Positions 8,954-18,208 of a stretch of DNA of 46,510 bases are shown piece after piece. A program made the position numbers and the translations under genes. Position 1 is the stretch's first letter, and the number at the start of each line of letters is the position of its first letter. The stretch comes from Gaiellaceae bacterium (GTDB lineage: Bacteria; Actinomycetota; Thermoleophilia; Gaiellales; Gaiellaceae), in NCBI GenBank assembly GCA_035645095.1, contig DASQNG010000017.1:1-46510 (forward strand), given 5' to 3'. Under the pieces are notes generated by a model that was given only the letters and a program-made list of their open reading frames with translations, was not told the origin of the DNA and ran no database searches.

Positions 8954-10033
8954 GTGAAGGTTCGCTTCTCTACGTCGGTGCTCGCACTGACGCTCGTAGC
9001 GGTGCTCGCGCTCGGTGTCTCCGGCGTCGGCTCGGCTGCACCTGCGGTCTCCCCGACCACGAACGCCACGGCGGACACCGCCGCCGCGACGTTCAAGGTC
9101 GCGCTCGTCACGGACATCGGCGGTCTGGACGACCGGTCGTTCAACTTCCTCGCCAACAAGGGGCTCCAGGACGCCAAGCGGAAGCTCGGCATCCAGGGCC
9201 GCGTGTTCATCTCACGGTCGAACGGCGACTACATCCCCAATCTGCGTGCCGCCGTGCAGCAGTACCGCGCCAACCTCGTGATCGCCGTCGGCTTCCTCAT
9301 GGCCGACTCGCTGTCGACGGTCGCGAAGGCGTTCCCGAAGACGAAGTTCGCGATCGTCGACAACACGGGCGTCGCCGCCGAGTTGAAGGGCAAGCCGACG
9401 AACGTCCGCGGGTTGCTGTTCAAGGAGCAGGAGGCGGGCTATCTCGCCGGCTACCTCGCGGCCCTCGCGATGAAGAAGCAGCCGAGGGGTCAGGGCAAGC
9501 TGGGTGCGGTCGGTGGGATGAAGATCCCCCCGGTCGACCGCTTCATCGCCGGCTACTACGTCGGTGCGAAGAAGGCGTGGCCGCAGGTGCGGGTCTCCCA
9601 CAGCTACTCGCAGGAGTTCGTCGACCAGGCGAAGTGCAAGGAGCAGGCGCTCAACCTGATCGCGAACGGCGCGGGCGTCGTGTTCCAGGTCGCCGGCCAG
9701 TGCGGCCTCGGCGTCCTCTCGGCCGCCAGGGAGAAGGGCATGTGGGGCATCGGCGTCGACGCCGACCAGGGCTACCTCGGCCCGCACGTCCTCACGAGCG
9801 CGACGAAGAAGGTCGACGTCGCCGTCTACAACAGCATCTCGGCGGCGAAGACGCAGGGCTCGCGCTTCAAGACGAACTTCAACGCCGTCTTCACCGTGAA
9901 GAACAACGGTGTCGGCTACGGCAAGATCAGCACGCGGATCCTCCCCGCGTGGAAGAAGGAGCTGGAGTCGATCCGCTTGCAGATCGTCTCCGGGAAGATC
10001 AAGGTCACCGCGCAGACGCCGCCCGGCGGCTGA
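8954..10033 (+). CDS. BMP-family (PnrA/Med-like) ABC transporter substrate-binding protein, secreted, no lipobox
   Basis: Carries the VTDIGGLDDRSFNFLANKGL motif and the overall BMP family pattern. It has a signal peptide without Cys. AAGGAGGG lies 4 nt upstream of the GTG start. Confidence 0.88.
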   Translation: MKVRFSTSVLALTLVAVLALGVSGVGSAAPAVSPTTNATADTAAATFKVALVTDIGGLDDRSFNFLANKGLQDAKRKLGIQGRVFISRSNGDYIPNLRAAVQQYRANLVIAVGFLMADSLSTVAKAFPKTKFAIVDNTGVAAELKGKPTNVRGLLFKEQEAGYLAGYLAALAMKKQPRGQGKLGAVGGMKIPPVDRFIAGYYVGAKKAWPQVRVSHSYSQEFVDQAKCKEQALNLIANGAGVVFQVAGQCGLGVLSAAREKGMWGIGVDADQGYLGPHVLTSATKKVDVAVYNSISAAKTQGSRFKTNFNAVFTVKNNGVGYGKISTRILPAWKKELESIRLQIVSGKIKVTAQTPPGG

Positions 10034-10049
10034 GCCTGGACGAAGGACG

Positions 10050-10081
10050 CGCGAGGGGCGGTTTGGGGCCCGCCCCTCGCG
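10050..10081 (+). terminator. Perfect 12-bp GC-rich hairpin between the two BMP paralogues (terminator/attenuator or mRNA-stabilising stem)
   Basis: CGCGAGGGGCGG (10050-10061), an 8-nt loop, then CCGCCCCTCGCG (10070-10081). There is no U-tract. Confidence 0.5.
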
Positions 10082-10098
10082 GTATCCTGTAGAGCGAG

Positions 10099-11202
10099 AT
10101 GACGTCCGCGCTTCGAAGTCGCTCCGCGCTGCTCGCACTGCTCGCCGTGCTCGTGCTCGCCTTCGCCGTCGCGTGCGGCGGGGGGGACGACGACGACGGC
10201 GCCGACACGGGCGCGGCCGGCGACACCGGCACGACGCAGAACGAGACGGGCACGACGGGCGACACCGGCGCGATGGGCCCGGCGATCCGCGTCGGCCTCG
10301 TCACCGACGTCGGCGGCCTCGACGACCGGTCGTTCAACTTCCTCGCGAACCAGGGCCTCGAGCGCGCTCAGGACCAGCTCGGAGCGGAGGGCCGCGTCGT
10401 CATCTCCCGCTCCAACTCGGACTACGTGCCGAACCTCTCGCGGCTCGCCCAGCAGGACTACGACCTCATCATCGCCGTCGGGTTCCTGATGGCCGAGTCC
10501 GTCACCACCGTCGCGACGCAGTTCCCGGACGTCAACTTCGCGATCGTCGACTTCCCGAACGCAGCGCTGGAGGGGACGCCGGCGAACGTGCGCGGCCTCC
10601 TCTTCAAGGAGCAGGAGGCGGGCTACCTCGCCGGCTACCTCGCGGGCCTGATGAACAAGCAGGAATCGGGCTCGAAGCAGGTGATCGGGTCCGTAGGCGG
10701 CCAGAAGATCCCACCGGTCGACCGCTACATCGCCGGCTACCAGGCGGGCGCGAAGGCCGCGAACCCCGAGATCCAGACGCTGAACGGCTACTCTCAGGAC
10801 TTCGTCGACCAGGCAAAGTGCAAGGAAGTCGCGCTCGACCAGATCTCGCGTGGCGCCGACGTGATCTTCCAGGTTGCGGGCCAGTGCGGCCTCGGCGCGC
10901 TCTCGGCCGCGCAGGAGAAGAACGTGCGGGGGATCGGCGTCGACGCCGATCAGGGCTACCTCGGCGAGCACATCCTCACGAGCGCGTTGAAGAAGGTCGA
11001 CGTCGCGGTCTTCCAGGCGATCCAGCAGGTCCAGGAGGGCAACTTCAAGGGCGGCGAAGACACGGTGTTCGACATCGCGTCCGGCGGTGTCGGCCTCGGC
11101 GAGATCGCAGACGATGTCCCCGGCGACATCGTCAGCCAGGTCAAGGACGTGCAGGACCGCATCGCCGCGGGGGAGATCGACATCCCCGAGACGATCGGCT
11201 AA
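10099..11202 (+). CDS. BMP-family ABC transporter substrate-binding lipoprotein
   Basis: Paralogue of the previous gene (VTDVGGLDDRSFNFLANQGL). It has a signal peptide with lipobox FAVAC followed by a Gly/Asp/Thr-rich linker. Confidence 0.9.
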   Translation: MTSALRSRSALLALLAVLVLAFAVACGGGDDDDGADTGAAGDTGTTQNETGTTGDTGAMGPAIRVGLVTDVGGLDDRSFNFLANQGLERAQDQLGAEGRVVISRSNSDYVPNLSRLAQQDYDLIIAVGFLMAESVTTVATQFPDVNFAIVDFPNAALEGTPANVRGLLFKEQEAGYLAGYLAGLMNKQESGSKQVIGSVGGQKIPPVDRYIAGYQAGAKAANPEIQTLNGYSQDFVDQAKCKEVALDQISRGADVIFQVAGQCGLGALSAAQEKNVRGIGVDADQGYLGEHILTSALKKVDVAVFQAIQQVQEGNFKGGEDTVFDIASGGVGLGEIADDVPGDIVSQVKDVQDRIAAGEIDIPETIG

Positions 11203-11256
11203 CGCCTCCGACGCCTCCCGCTCCACGTCCGGCGCGCCGACGTAGAATCGCGCGCA

Positions 11257-12783
11257 GTGGACGAGCGGCCCGTTCTCGAGCTCCGCGGCATCACGAAGCG
11301 CTTTCCCGGGATCGTCGCCAACGACGACGTCAGCTTCGACCTCCGCCGTGGCGAGGTGCACGCGCTGCTCGGCGAGAACGGCGCCGGCAAGTCGACGCTG
11401 ATGAACGTGCTCTACGGCCTCTACCGGCCGGACGAGGGCGAGATCCTGATCAACGGCAAGCAGGCGGAGATCGCCTCGACCCGCGCGGCGATCGAGAACG
11501 GCGTCGGCATGGTGCACCAGCACTTCATGCTGATCCCGGTGATGACGGTGGCCGAGAACATCGTCCTCGCTACGGAGCCGGTGCGGAGCGGCGTCTTCCT
11601 CGACTACGCCGCCGCCGAGGAGCGCGTGCGGGAGCTCTCGGAGCGGTTCGGGCTGGCCGTCGACCCGCGTGCGGTCGTCGAGAAGATCAGCGTCGGCCAG
11701 CAGCAGCGGGTCGAGATCCTGAAGGCGCTCTACCGCGGGGCGGACATCCTCGTGCTGGACGAGCCGACGGCGGTGCTGACGCCGCAGGAGGCGCACGAGC
11801 TCTTCGGGATCATCCGCAGCCTGACCGAGCAGGGGAAGTCGATCATCTTCATCAGCCACAAGCTGAAGGAGGTGACGGAGATCGCCGACCGGGTCACGGT
11901 GCTGCGTCGCGGCAAGAAGATCGAGACGCTCCCGGCTGCGGGCGCGACCGAGGAGAGCCTCGCGCGGCTGATGGTCGGCCGGGAGGTGCTGCTGCGTGTC
12001 GACAAGGTGCGTGCGAAGCCGGGGGAGCCGCTGCTGCACGTCGACGACCTGCACGTCGTCGACGACCGCGGCGTCGACAAGGTGCGCGGCGTCTCCTTCG
12101 TGGTCAACGCGGGCGAGATCGTGGGCATCGCGGGCGTCGACGGGAACGGGCAGAGCGAGCTGATCGACGCGATCACCGGGCTCCGGAAGTCGCTGTCGGG
12201 CCGTGTCGTCGTCGGGGGCCGAGACGTGACCCACGAGGGCGCCAAGGAGTGCCTCGACGCCGGCCTCGGCCACATCCCGGAAGACCGCCAGCGCCGGGGG
12301 CTCGTCCTCGACTTCTCGCTGGCGGAGAACCTCGCGCTGCACGACTACGACGCGCAGCCGGCGTCGCGGCTCGGATGGCTCTTCCCGAACCGGATGGTCG
12401 CGCGCGCCCGTACGCTGCTGCAGGAGTTCGACGTGCGCGGCGGCGGCCCCCACACGCAGGCGTCGGGGCTCTCCGGCGGCAACCAGCAGAAGGTCGTGCT
12501 CGCGCGCGAGATCGATCGCAACCCGCAGGTGCTGATCGCGGCGCAGCCCACCCGCGGGCTCGACGTCGGCGCGATCGAGTTCGTGCACCGGCGCCTGATC
12601 GAAGAGCGCGACGAGGGTCGCGGCGTGCTGCTCGTGTCGCTGGAGCTGGACGAGATCCAGTCGCTCTCCGACCGCATCCTCGTCATGTACGAGGGGCGGA
12701 TCGTCGGGGAGTTCGAGCCGGGCGTCACCGACGAGGAGCTCGGCGTCGCGATGACCGGCGGCGGCCAAAGGCAGGCCGCGTGA
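11257..12783 (+). CDS. ABC transporter ATP-binding protein with duplicated ATPase domains (nucleoside/sugar importer type)
   Basis: 508 aa with two ABC cassettes: Walker A GENGAGKST, signatures SVGQQQRVEIL and LSGGNQQK, Walker B ILVLDEPT. This matches the NupO/RbsA-like architecture. Confidence 0.92.
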   Translation: MDERPVLELRGITKRFPGIVANDDVSFDLRRGEVHALLGENGAGKSTLMNVLYGLYRPDEGEILINGKQAEIASTRAAIENGVGMVHQHFMLIPVMTVAENIVLATEPVRSGVFLDYAAAEERVRELSERFGLAVDPRAVVEKISVGQQQRVEILKALYRGADILVLDEPTAVLTPQEAHELFGIIRSLTEQGKSIIFISHKLKEVTEIADRVTVLRRGKKIETLPAAGATEESLARLMVGREVLLRVDKVRAKPGEPLLHVDDLHVVDDRGVDKVRGVSFVVNAGEIVGIAGVDGNGQSELIDAITGLRKSLSGRVVVGGRDVTHEGAKECLDAGLGHIPEDRQRRGLVLDFSLAENLALHDYDAQPASRLGWLFPNRMVARARTLLQEFDVRGGGPHTQASGLSGGNQQKVVLAREIDRNPQVLIAAQPTRGLDVGAIEFVHRRLIEERDEGRGVLLVSLELDEIQSLSDRILVMYEGRIVGEFEPGVTDEELGVAMTGGGQRQAA

Positions 12784-14078
12784 GCGAGGCGGGGGGCGGC
12801 CCGGAGGGATCCGGGAAAGCAGAGAACCCGCGCACCGGGGGCGACTACGCCCCGAGCGTCGCCGCGCGGCTCGCGCTCTGGCAGCGCGCCGGCGGGCTCG
12901 CGGTCCCGCTCCTGACGACGGTAGTCGCCTTCCTGATCGGCGGCATCGTCGTCATCATCACGACGGGCAAGAACCCGCTCACGACGTACAAAGCGATCTT
13001 CGAGGGTGCCGGGCTGAACTGGTTCCTCGAGATCGGCAGCCACTCGGTCGGTCTCCCGTTCACCGACGCGAAGGTCTGGTTCCCGTGGGACACCGCTTCG
13101 CTCGCCGGGTTGAACCTGCAGCAGACGTTGCTGATCTGGATCCCGCTCGTCCTGACCGGCCTCGCAGTCGCCTTCGCCTTCCGCTGCGGCATGTTCAACA
13201 TCGGTGGCCAGGGCCAGTACCTCGTGGGCGCCGTCATGGCCGTCTGGATCGGCTCCGAGCTGCCGAACCTTCCGGGCGTGCTGCACATCCTGCTCGCGAT
13301 CGTCGCCGGCACCCTCGTCGGCGCTGCCTGGGCGGGCATCGCCGGGTTCCTGAAGGCGACGGTGGGCGCACACGAAGTGATCTCGACGATCATGCTCAAC
13401 TGGATCGCGGTCTGGGTCGGCGTCTTCCTCTTCGGGCTCGGCGGCCCGCTCCAGAACGACGCGCAGGAGTCGGTACCCGTGTCGAACGACGTCGTCGACG
13501 CGGCCAAGCTGAAGGTCTTCTGGGGTGAACCCCTGCTGCAGGGGCTCCACATCGGGATCCTCGTCTCCCTCGCCTCGCTGCTCGTCTACTGGATCACGCT
13601 CAACCGGACGACGCTCGGCTACGAGGTGCGGGCCGTGGGCTACAACCCGGAGGCCGCCCGCTACGGAGGCATCTCGGTCGCCCGCAACTACTTCCTGGCG
13701 ATGGCGATCTCGGGCGCCTTCGCCGGCCTCGCGGGCGCGCTCGACATCCTCGGCTGGCAGTACCGGCTGAACACGAACGACATCCTCGTCTCGACGATCG
13801 GCTTCACCGGAATCGCGGTCGCCCTGCTCGGCCGGAACACGGCCGTCGGCGTCGGCCTCGCGGGGCTCCTGTTCGCGTCGCTCGTCACCGGCACCTCCAC
13901 CCGGAACCTCGACCCCGAGATCTTCCGGCCCGAGCTCGCCTCGAACCTGACGACGATCATCCAGGGCCTCGTGGTCCTGTTCGTCGGTGCCGACGTCCTG
14001 ATCCTGTACCTCCTCAACCTGCGCAAGCGGCGCCGGCGGGCCGCCGTCGCGCTGCCCGCAGCGGGACCGGATGCCTGA
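12780..14078 (+). CDS. ABC transporter permease (BMP/nucleoside uptake system)
   Basis: This is the last 432 codons of the artefactual ORF 9909..14078. GTG 12780 overlaps the ATPase stop (GTGA). It is a multi-TM protein with a FNIGGQGQ motif typical of this permease family. Confidence 0.88.
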   Translation: MSEAGGGPEGSGKAENPRTGGDYAPSVAARLALWQRAGGLAVPLLTTVVAFLIGGIVVIITTGKNPLTTYKAIFEGAGLNWFLEIGSHSVGLPFTDAKVWFPWDTASLAGLNLQQTLLIWIPLVLTGLAVAFAFRCGMFNIGGQGQYLVGAVMAVWIGSELPNLPGVLHILLAIVAGTLVGAAWAGIAGFLKATVGAHEVISTIMLNWIAVWVGVFLFGLGGPLQNDAQESVPVSNDVVDAAKLKVFWGEPLLQGLHIGILVSLASLLVYWITLNRTTLGYEVRAVGYNPEAARYGGISVARNYFLAMAISGAFAGLAGALDILGWQYRLNTNDILVSTIGFTGIAVALLGRNTAVGVGLAGLLFASLVTGTSTRNLDPEIFRPELASNLTTIIQGLVVLFVGADVLILYLLNLRKRRRRAAVALPAAGPDA

Positions 14079-15264
14079 GCGCCTGCTCGCCCGGCTGCCG
14101 CACGGTGCGCGGGCCTACGCCTGGGCGGGGATCCTCGTCGGTCTCGTCGCGTTCTGGGTCGCGCTGCCGCCGCTCAAGGTGCGGACGCCGCTCCTCCCGC
14201 TCCTGCTCGGACTCGTCGCGATCGGGCTCGGTACGTGGGCGCTGCGTGGCGGCGTACGCCGGCTCGGCTGGGGGGCGATCGTGTCCGGCGTCGCCGGCAT
14301 CGGCCTCGGCTATCTCGCGACCCGCTCCAGCGTTGCGAACCTCGACCAGGTCGTCGTGTGGTCGGCGCTCTTCGCCGCGATGCTGCGCTACGCGACGCCG
14401 CTCGCGTTCGCGGCGATGGGCGGCATCTTCTCCGAGCGGAGCGGGGTCGTGAACATCGGCCTCGAGGGGATGATGCTGTCGGGCGCGTTCTTCGGCATCC
14501 TCGCGGCCGACAAGCTCGGGGCCTGGTGGCTCGGGTTACTCTGCGCCGCGCTCGCCGGCGGGACGTTCGCGCTGGTGCACGCGTTCTTCGCGATCCATCT
14601 CCGGGCCGACCAGATCGTCGGCGGCTTCGCGATCAACTTCCTCGCACTCGGCATCACCGGCTACCTCTTCCTCGACATCTACGGTGGCTCCGGGACGCCG
14701 CCGAACATCGACCGGATCCCGGACGTGCACCTCGGCTTCCTGAAGGACTGGGCATTCGTCGGGCCGATCCTCGGGCAGTTGAACCTGATGATCTGGCTCG
14801 CCGCCGGGACGATCGTGCTGGCGTGGCTCGTCCTCTTCAAGACGCCGATCGGGCTGCGGATCCGGTCCGTCGGCGAGCATCCGCGCGCGGCCGAGACCGT
14901 GGGCATCTCCGTGTACGCGACGCGGTACGCCGCCGTCACGCTCTCCGGCGTCCTCGCCGCCCTCGGCGGCGCCTACCTCTCGATCGGCTTCGTCAACTCG
15001 TTCAACCAGAACATGACGGCCGGACGCGGGTTCATCGCGCTCGCAGCGGTCATCTTCGGCAGCTGGAGGCCGTTCGGCGCCGCGGCGGCCGCGCTCCTGT
15101 TCGGCTTCTCGAGCGCGCTCGCGCAGCGCCTGCCAGCCTACTCGGAGTCGGCAGCCGTGCTGTTCCAGGCACTCCCGTACGTCCTCACCCTGATCGCGGT
15201 CGCGGGCGTCATCGGCCGCTCGATCCCGCCCGCAGCGGTTGGTCGCCCCTACCGCAAGCAGTAG
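14071..15264 (+). CDS. ABC transporter permease (second subunit)
   Basis: 397-aa multi-TM ORF with an NIGLEGMML motif. The ATG overlaps the preceding permease by 8 nt. Confidence 0.9.
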   Translation: MPERLLARLPHGARAYAWAGILVGLVAFWVALPPLKVRTPLLPLLLGLVAIGLGTWALRGGVRRLGWGAIVSGVAGIGLGYLATRSSVANLDQVVVWSALFAAMLRYATPLAFAAMGGIFSERSGVVNIGLEGMMLSGAFFGILAADKLGAWWLGLLCAALAGGTFALVHAFFAIHLRADQIVGGFAINFLALGITGYLFLDIYGGSGTPPNIDRIPDVHLGFLKDWAFVGPILGQLNLMIWLAAGTIVLAWLVLFKTPIGLRIRSVGEHPRAAETVGISVYATRYAAVTLSGVLAALGGAYLSIGFVNSFNQNMTAGRGFIALAAVIFGSWRPFGAAAAALLFGFSSALAQRLPAYSESAAVLFQALPYVLTLIAVAGVIGRSIPPAAVGRPYRKQ

Positions 15265-15298
15265 CCGGCCGCCGCGCGCCGGAGGCGCCCGGCTGTCG

Positions 15299-15598
15299 GT
15301 GCTCCTCGGGCTGCTCTCGCTCGCGACCGTGCCGACGGCGATCGTGTTCTCGAACGCCTCCCGCCGCTACGAGCTGCTCGACGCGGCGTACGCGATCCCG
15401 CTCGGGCTCGTGCTCGGGCTCGCCGCGATCCTGCTCGCGCGGCGCGCGCGCCGCCGCGCCGCCCGCTCCGTGACGGGGACGCGTGGGCTGGGCGCGGCGC
15501 GCGCCGGCCGGCTTCTCGGGCTCGCCGGGTTCCTGCTCGCCGTCACCGCGGCGATGGCCGTGGGGGTCTACGAGCTGCTCGCCGCCGTCGACGCCTGA
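15299..15598 (+). CDS. Hypothetical small membrane protein (3 predicted TM helices)
   Basis: In-frame part of ORF 15239..15598. It has three hydrophobic stretches separated by Arg-rich loops and high GC3. The start is uncertain (TTG 15239, CTG 15293 or GTG 15299). Confidence 0.45.
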   Translation: MLLGLLSLATVPTAIVFSNASRRYELLDAAYAIPLGLVLGLAAILLARRARRRAARSVTGTRGLGAARAGRLLGLAGFLLAVTAAMAVGVYELLAAVDA

Positions 15599-15641
15599 CG
15601 CGTTAGTCGTCTCGGCTCGCGGAGGCCGCTACGATCGGGAC

Positions 15642-16367
15642 GTGTTCGAGCTCGGCAACAGCCTGCGCGAGGCCCGCCTGCGGCAGCAGCTCGACTACCC
15701 CGACCTCGAGTACACGACGAAGATCCGCGCGAAGTACCTGCGCGCGCTCGAGGACGAGCGGTTCGAGCTCCTGCCGTCGCACACGTACGTGAAGGGCTTC
15801 CTGCGCGCGTACGCGGACGAGCTGGGGCTCGAGGGGCAGCTCTACGTCGACGAGTACAACTCGCGCTACGTCACCGGCGACGACGAGACGGCGGTACGCG
15901 TCCGGCGGGTGCCGGCCGCGAAGCGCCGGCGCGCCGACCGACGTGAGTCGAGCGTCGTGCTGCTCGCGCTGACCGGCATCGCCGTGCTCACCGCCCTCGT
16001 GATCGCCGCCTGGCGGTTCGGCGACGCCGAGCGGCCCCAGGTTCCGGGGCTCGGCCAGACGATCGCGACCCCGACCGTCGCGGCGCCGAAGCCGGACGGC
16101 CGCGTCGTGCTCGAGGTGATCGCGACCCGCGGCGCCTCCTTCGTCGACGTCCGGCGCGGCGACGCGATCGGGATCGCCGAGTTCACCGGCACGATCGAGC
16201 GGGGCCAGCGCCAGCGCTTCACCGGCAACGTCCTCTGGCTCCAGGTGCGGTCGCCGGCGCACGTGCTCGTGCGCCTGAACGGGAACCGCGTGCGCCTGCC
16301 ACCTGCCGCGAAGACCCGCGGCGTGTTCGTGACGGCGAAGCGCGTCGTCCCGGCAGACGCCGGTTGA
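15642..16367 (+). CDS. rodZ: RodZ-like cytoskeleton protein (XRE-type HTH + TM + DUF4115-like C-terminus)
   Basis: N-terminus LGNSLREARLRQQLDYPDLEYTTKIRAKYLRALEDERFELLP...YVKGFLRAYA, then a single TM helix and a beta-rich C-terminal domain. TACGAT lies 6 nt upstream of the GTG. Its position upstream of cinA-recA matches Firmicutes. Confidence 0.78.
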   Translation: MFELGNSLREARLRQQLDYPDLEYTTKIRAKYLRALEDERFELLPSHTYVKGFLRAYADELGLEGQLYVDEYNSRYVTGDDETAVRVRRVPAAKRRRADRRESSVVLLALTGIAVLTALVIAAWRFGDAERPQVPGLGQTIATPTVAAPKPDGRVVLEVIATRGASFVDVRRGDAIGIAEFTGTIERGQRQRFTGNVLWLQVRSPAHVLVRLNGNRVRLPPAAKTRGVFVTAKRVVPADAG

Positions 16368-17638
16368 CGCGGCCCCGCGCGGTCGTCGTCGTCACGGGCA
16401 GCGAGCTCGTCCGCGGCGAGCGCGCCGACCTGAACGGACCGTTCCTCGCGCGCCAGCTGCTCGGGCTCGGGCTCGATCCGGCCCGGATCGAGATCGTGGG
16501 TGACGCGGCCCACGAGCTCGAGGGCGCGCTGCGGGAGGCCGTCGCCTCGGCCGACCTCGTCGCCGTCTCCGGCGGGCTGGGGCCGACACACGACGACCGG
16601 ACGGTCGAGGTCGTCGCGCAGGTCGCCGGCAGGGCGCTCGAGCTCGACGAGGAGCTCGAGCGGGAGATCGAGGCCTTCTCACGAGGCGTCGCCGAGCGGA
16701 TGCGCCGCCCGTACGCCGACTTCGCGGCGGGCGTCCGGAAGCAGGCGACCCTGCCGCGCGGCGCGCACTCGCTCGGGCTCGCCGGCACGGCTCCCGGGCT
16801 GGTCGTCGACGTCCACGATACGCCGGTCGTCGTCTTGCCTGGTCCTCCTGCCGAGCTCCAGCGGCTCTGGCCGAACGCGCTCACGACGCCGCCGGTTCGG
16901 GCCGTCCTCGAACGCGCGCGGCCGCCGCACCGGCAGACGCTGCGCTTCTTCGGGGCCGGTGAGTCGACGGTCGCGCAGGTCTTCGCGGCCGCCGGCGGCG
17001 ACGGCGACGGCGTGGAGGTCACCATCTGTGCGCGCGACTTCGAGATCGTGGTCGAGCTCGTCACCGACCCGGGTGCGCAGGCCCGGGCGGAGAACCTGGT
17101 CGGTGCGCTGCGCCGCGACCTCCGGCGCCACCTGTACTCGGAGGACGGGCGGACGGTCGAGGAGGTCGTGCTCGACCTCTGCCGCACACGGAGGCTGACG
17201 CTCGCTACCGCGGAGTCGTGCACCGGCGGCCTCGTGGCCGCACGCCTCGCCGCGGTCCCCGGCGCGAGCGCCGTCGTCCTCGGCGGCGTCGTCGCCTACG
17301 CCGACGCCGTGAAGGCAGCGGAGCTCGGGGTGCCGCGCGACCTGCTCGACTCGCACGGCGCGGTGTCGGCGGAGGTCGCGGCGGCGATGGCGAGAGGCGC
17401 CCGCGCCCGACTCAACGCGGACGTCGCTCTCGCCGTCACGGGAATCGCCGGGCCGGGCGGGGGGACGCCGGAGAAGCCGGTCGGGCTCGTGTTCCTCCAC
17501 GCCGAGACGCCAGCTGGCGGCGGGGGATCCTCGTTCAGCTTTCCCGGCGACCGCGACTCGATCCGACGGCGAGCCGCCGTCGCGGCACTCCATCTCGTAC
17601 GGCGAATCTTGTTACAAACTCGGCACGAAGGCGCGTGA
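16364..17638 (+). CDS. cinA: Competence/damage-inducible protein CinA (MoCF-like domain + nicotinamide-nucleotide amidase domain)
   Basis: 424 aa. The N-terminus VVVTGSELVRGERADLNGPFLA is MoaB/MogA-like. The C-terminus ...LATAESCTGGL...VTGIAGPGGG is PncC-like. The TTG start overlaps the rodZ-like stop. Confidence 0.9.
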   Translation: MTRPRAVVVVTGSELVRGERADLNGPFLARQLLGLGLDPARIEIVGDAAHELEGALREAVASADLVAVSGGLGPTHDDRTVEVVAQVAGRALELDEELEREIEAFSRGVAERMRRPYADFAAGVRKQATLPRGAHSLGLAGTAPGLVVDVHDTPVVVLPGPPAELQRLWPNALTTPPVRAVLERARPPHRQTLRFFGAGESTVAQVFAAAGGDGDGVEVTICARDFEIVVELVTDPGAQARAENLVGALRRDLRRHLYSEDGRTVEEVVLDLCRTRRLTLATAESCTGGLVAARLAAVPGASAVVLGGVVAYADAVKAAELGVPRDLLDSHGAVSAEVAAAMARGARARLNADVALAVTGIAGPGGGTPEKPVGLVFLHAETPAGGGGSSFSFPGDRDSIRRRAAVAALHLVRRILLQTRHEGA

Positions 17639-17652
17639 CCTCCGGCGGTAGC

Positions 17653-18207
17653 GTGGCTGCCGATGAGTCGCTCCGCCTCTTCCTCGGCTTGCGCGTCCCC
17701 GCCGGATGGGCTACGGAGCTGGCTGCCTGGCAGGAGCGGGAGCTCGGCAGCGGCGGGCGGATCGTCCCGACGTCGAACCTCCACGTCACGCTCGCGTTCC
17801 TCGGCCGCCGTCCCAGCGGGGATCTCGCGCCCGTCCTGGACGCGTTGCGTGAGTCGGCGGCGGGTGCGGTCCGACCGTCTCTCTCGGTCGAGCGGTACCG
17901 GGAGACACGTGCGGCGGGCATGCTCGTCCTCGGCGACGCCGGCGGCCGCGCTGCGGCTCTCGCAGGCGACGTGCAGGCGCGCCTCGAGACGCTCGGCGTG
18001 TACCGGCGTGAGCCACGGCCGTGGCTTCCGCACGTCACCGTCCTGCGGTACCGCACGCCACCGCGGCTCCGTCCATCGCTGCCGCAGGTCGGAGCGCTCG
18101 TTCCGTCCGACGCGGCTGCTTACCTATCCCGTCTGCACCCGTCCGGTGCTCGCTACGAGGTGCTCGAGTCGGTCCCACTGGCAGACGCACAGCTAGGAGG
18201 AGAGTGA
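17653..18207 (+). CDS. thpR: RNA 2',3'-cyclic phosphodiesterase (2H family, LigT/ThpR)
   Basis: Two HxT motifs (HVTLAF and HVTVLR) at the expected spacing, plus the N-terminal RLFLGL strand. GTG 17653 is in frame within ORF 17218..18207. Confidence 0.85.
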   Translation: MAADESLRLFLGLRVPAGWATELAAWQERELGSGGRIVPTSNLHVTLAFLGRRPSGDLAPVLDALRESAAGAVRPSLSVERYRETRAAGMLVLGDAGGRAAALAGDVQARLETLGVYRREPRPWLPHVTVLRYRTPPRLRPSLPQVGALVPSDAAAYLSRLHPSGARYEVLESVPLADAQLGGE

Positions 18208-18208
18208 G

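Noticed and set aside
9909-12779. N-terminal 957 codons of the 1389-aa ORF 9909..14078.
   Set aside because: This is Arg/Pro/Gly-rich junk lying out of frame over the second BMP gene and the ABC ATPase. Only the last 432 codons (from GTG 12780, overlapping the ATPase stop) look like a permease.
17603-17616. CGAATCTTGTTAC as a LexA/Cheo-type SOS box (CGAAC-N4-GTTCG) upstream of thpR-recA.
   Set aside because: It has three mismatches to the consensus and poor dyad symmetry. The LexA motif of this lineage is unknown to me. I kept it only as an AT-rich rare-codon patch of unknown function.
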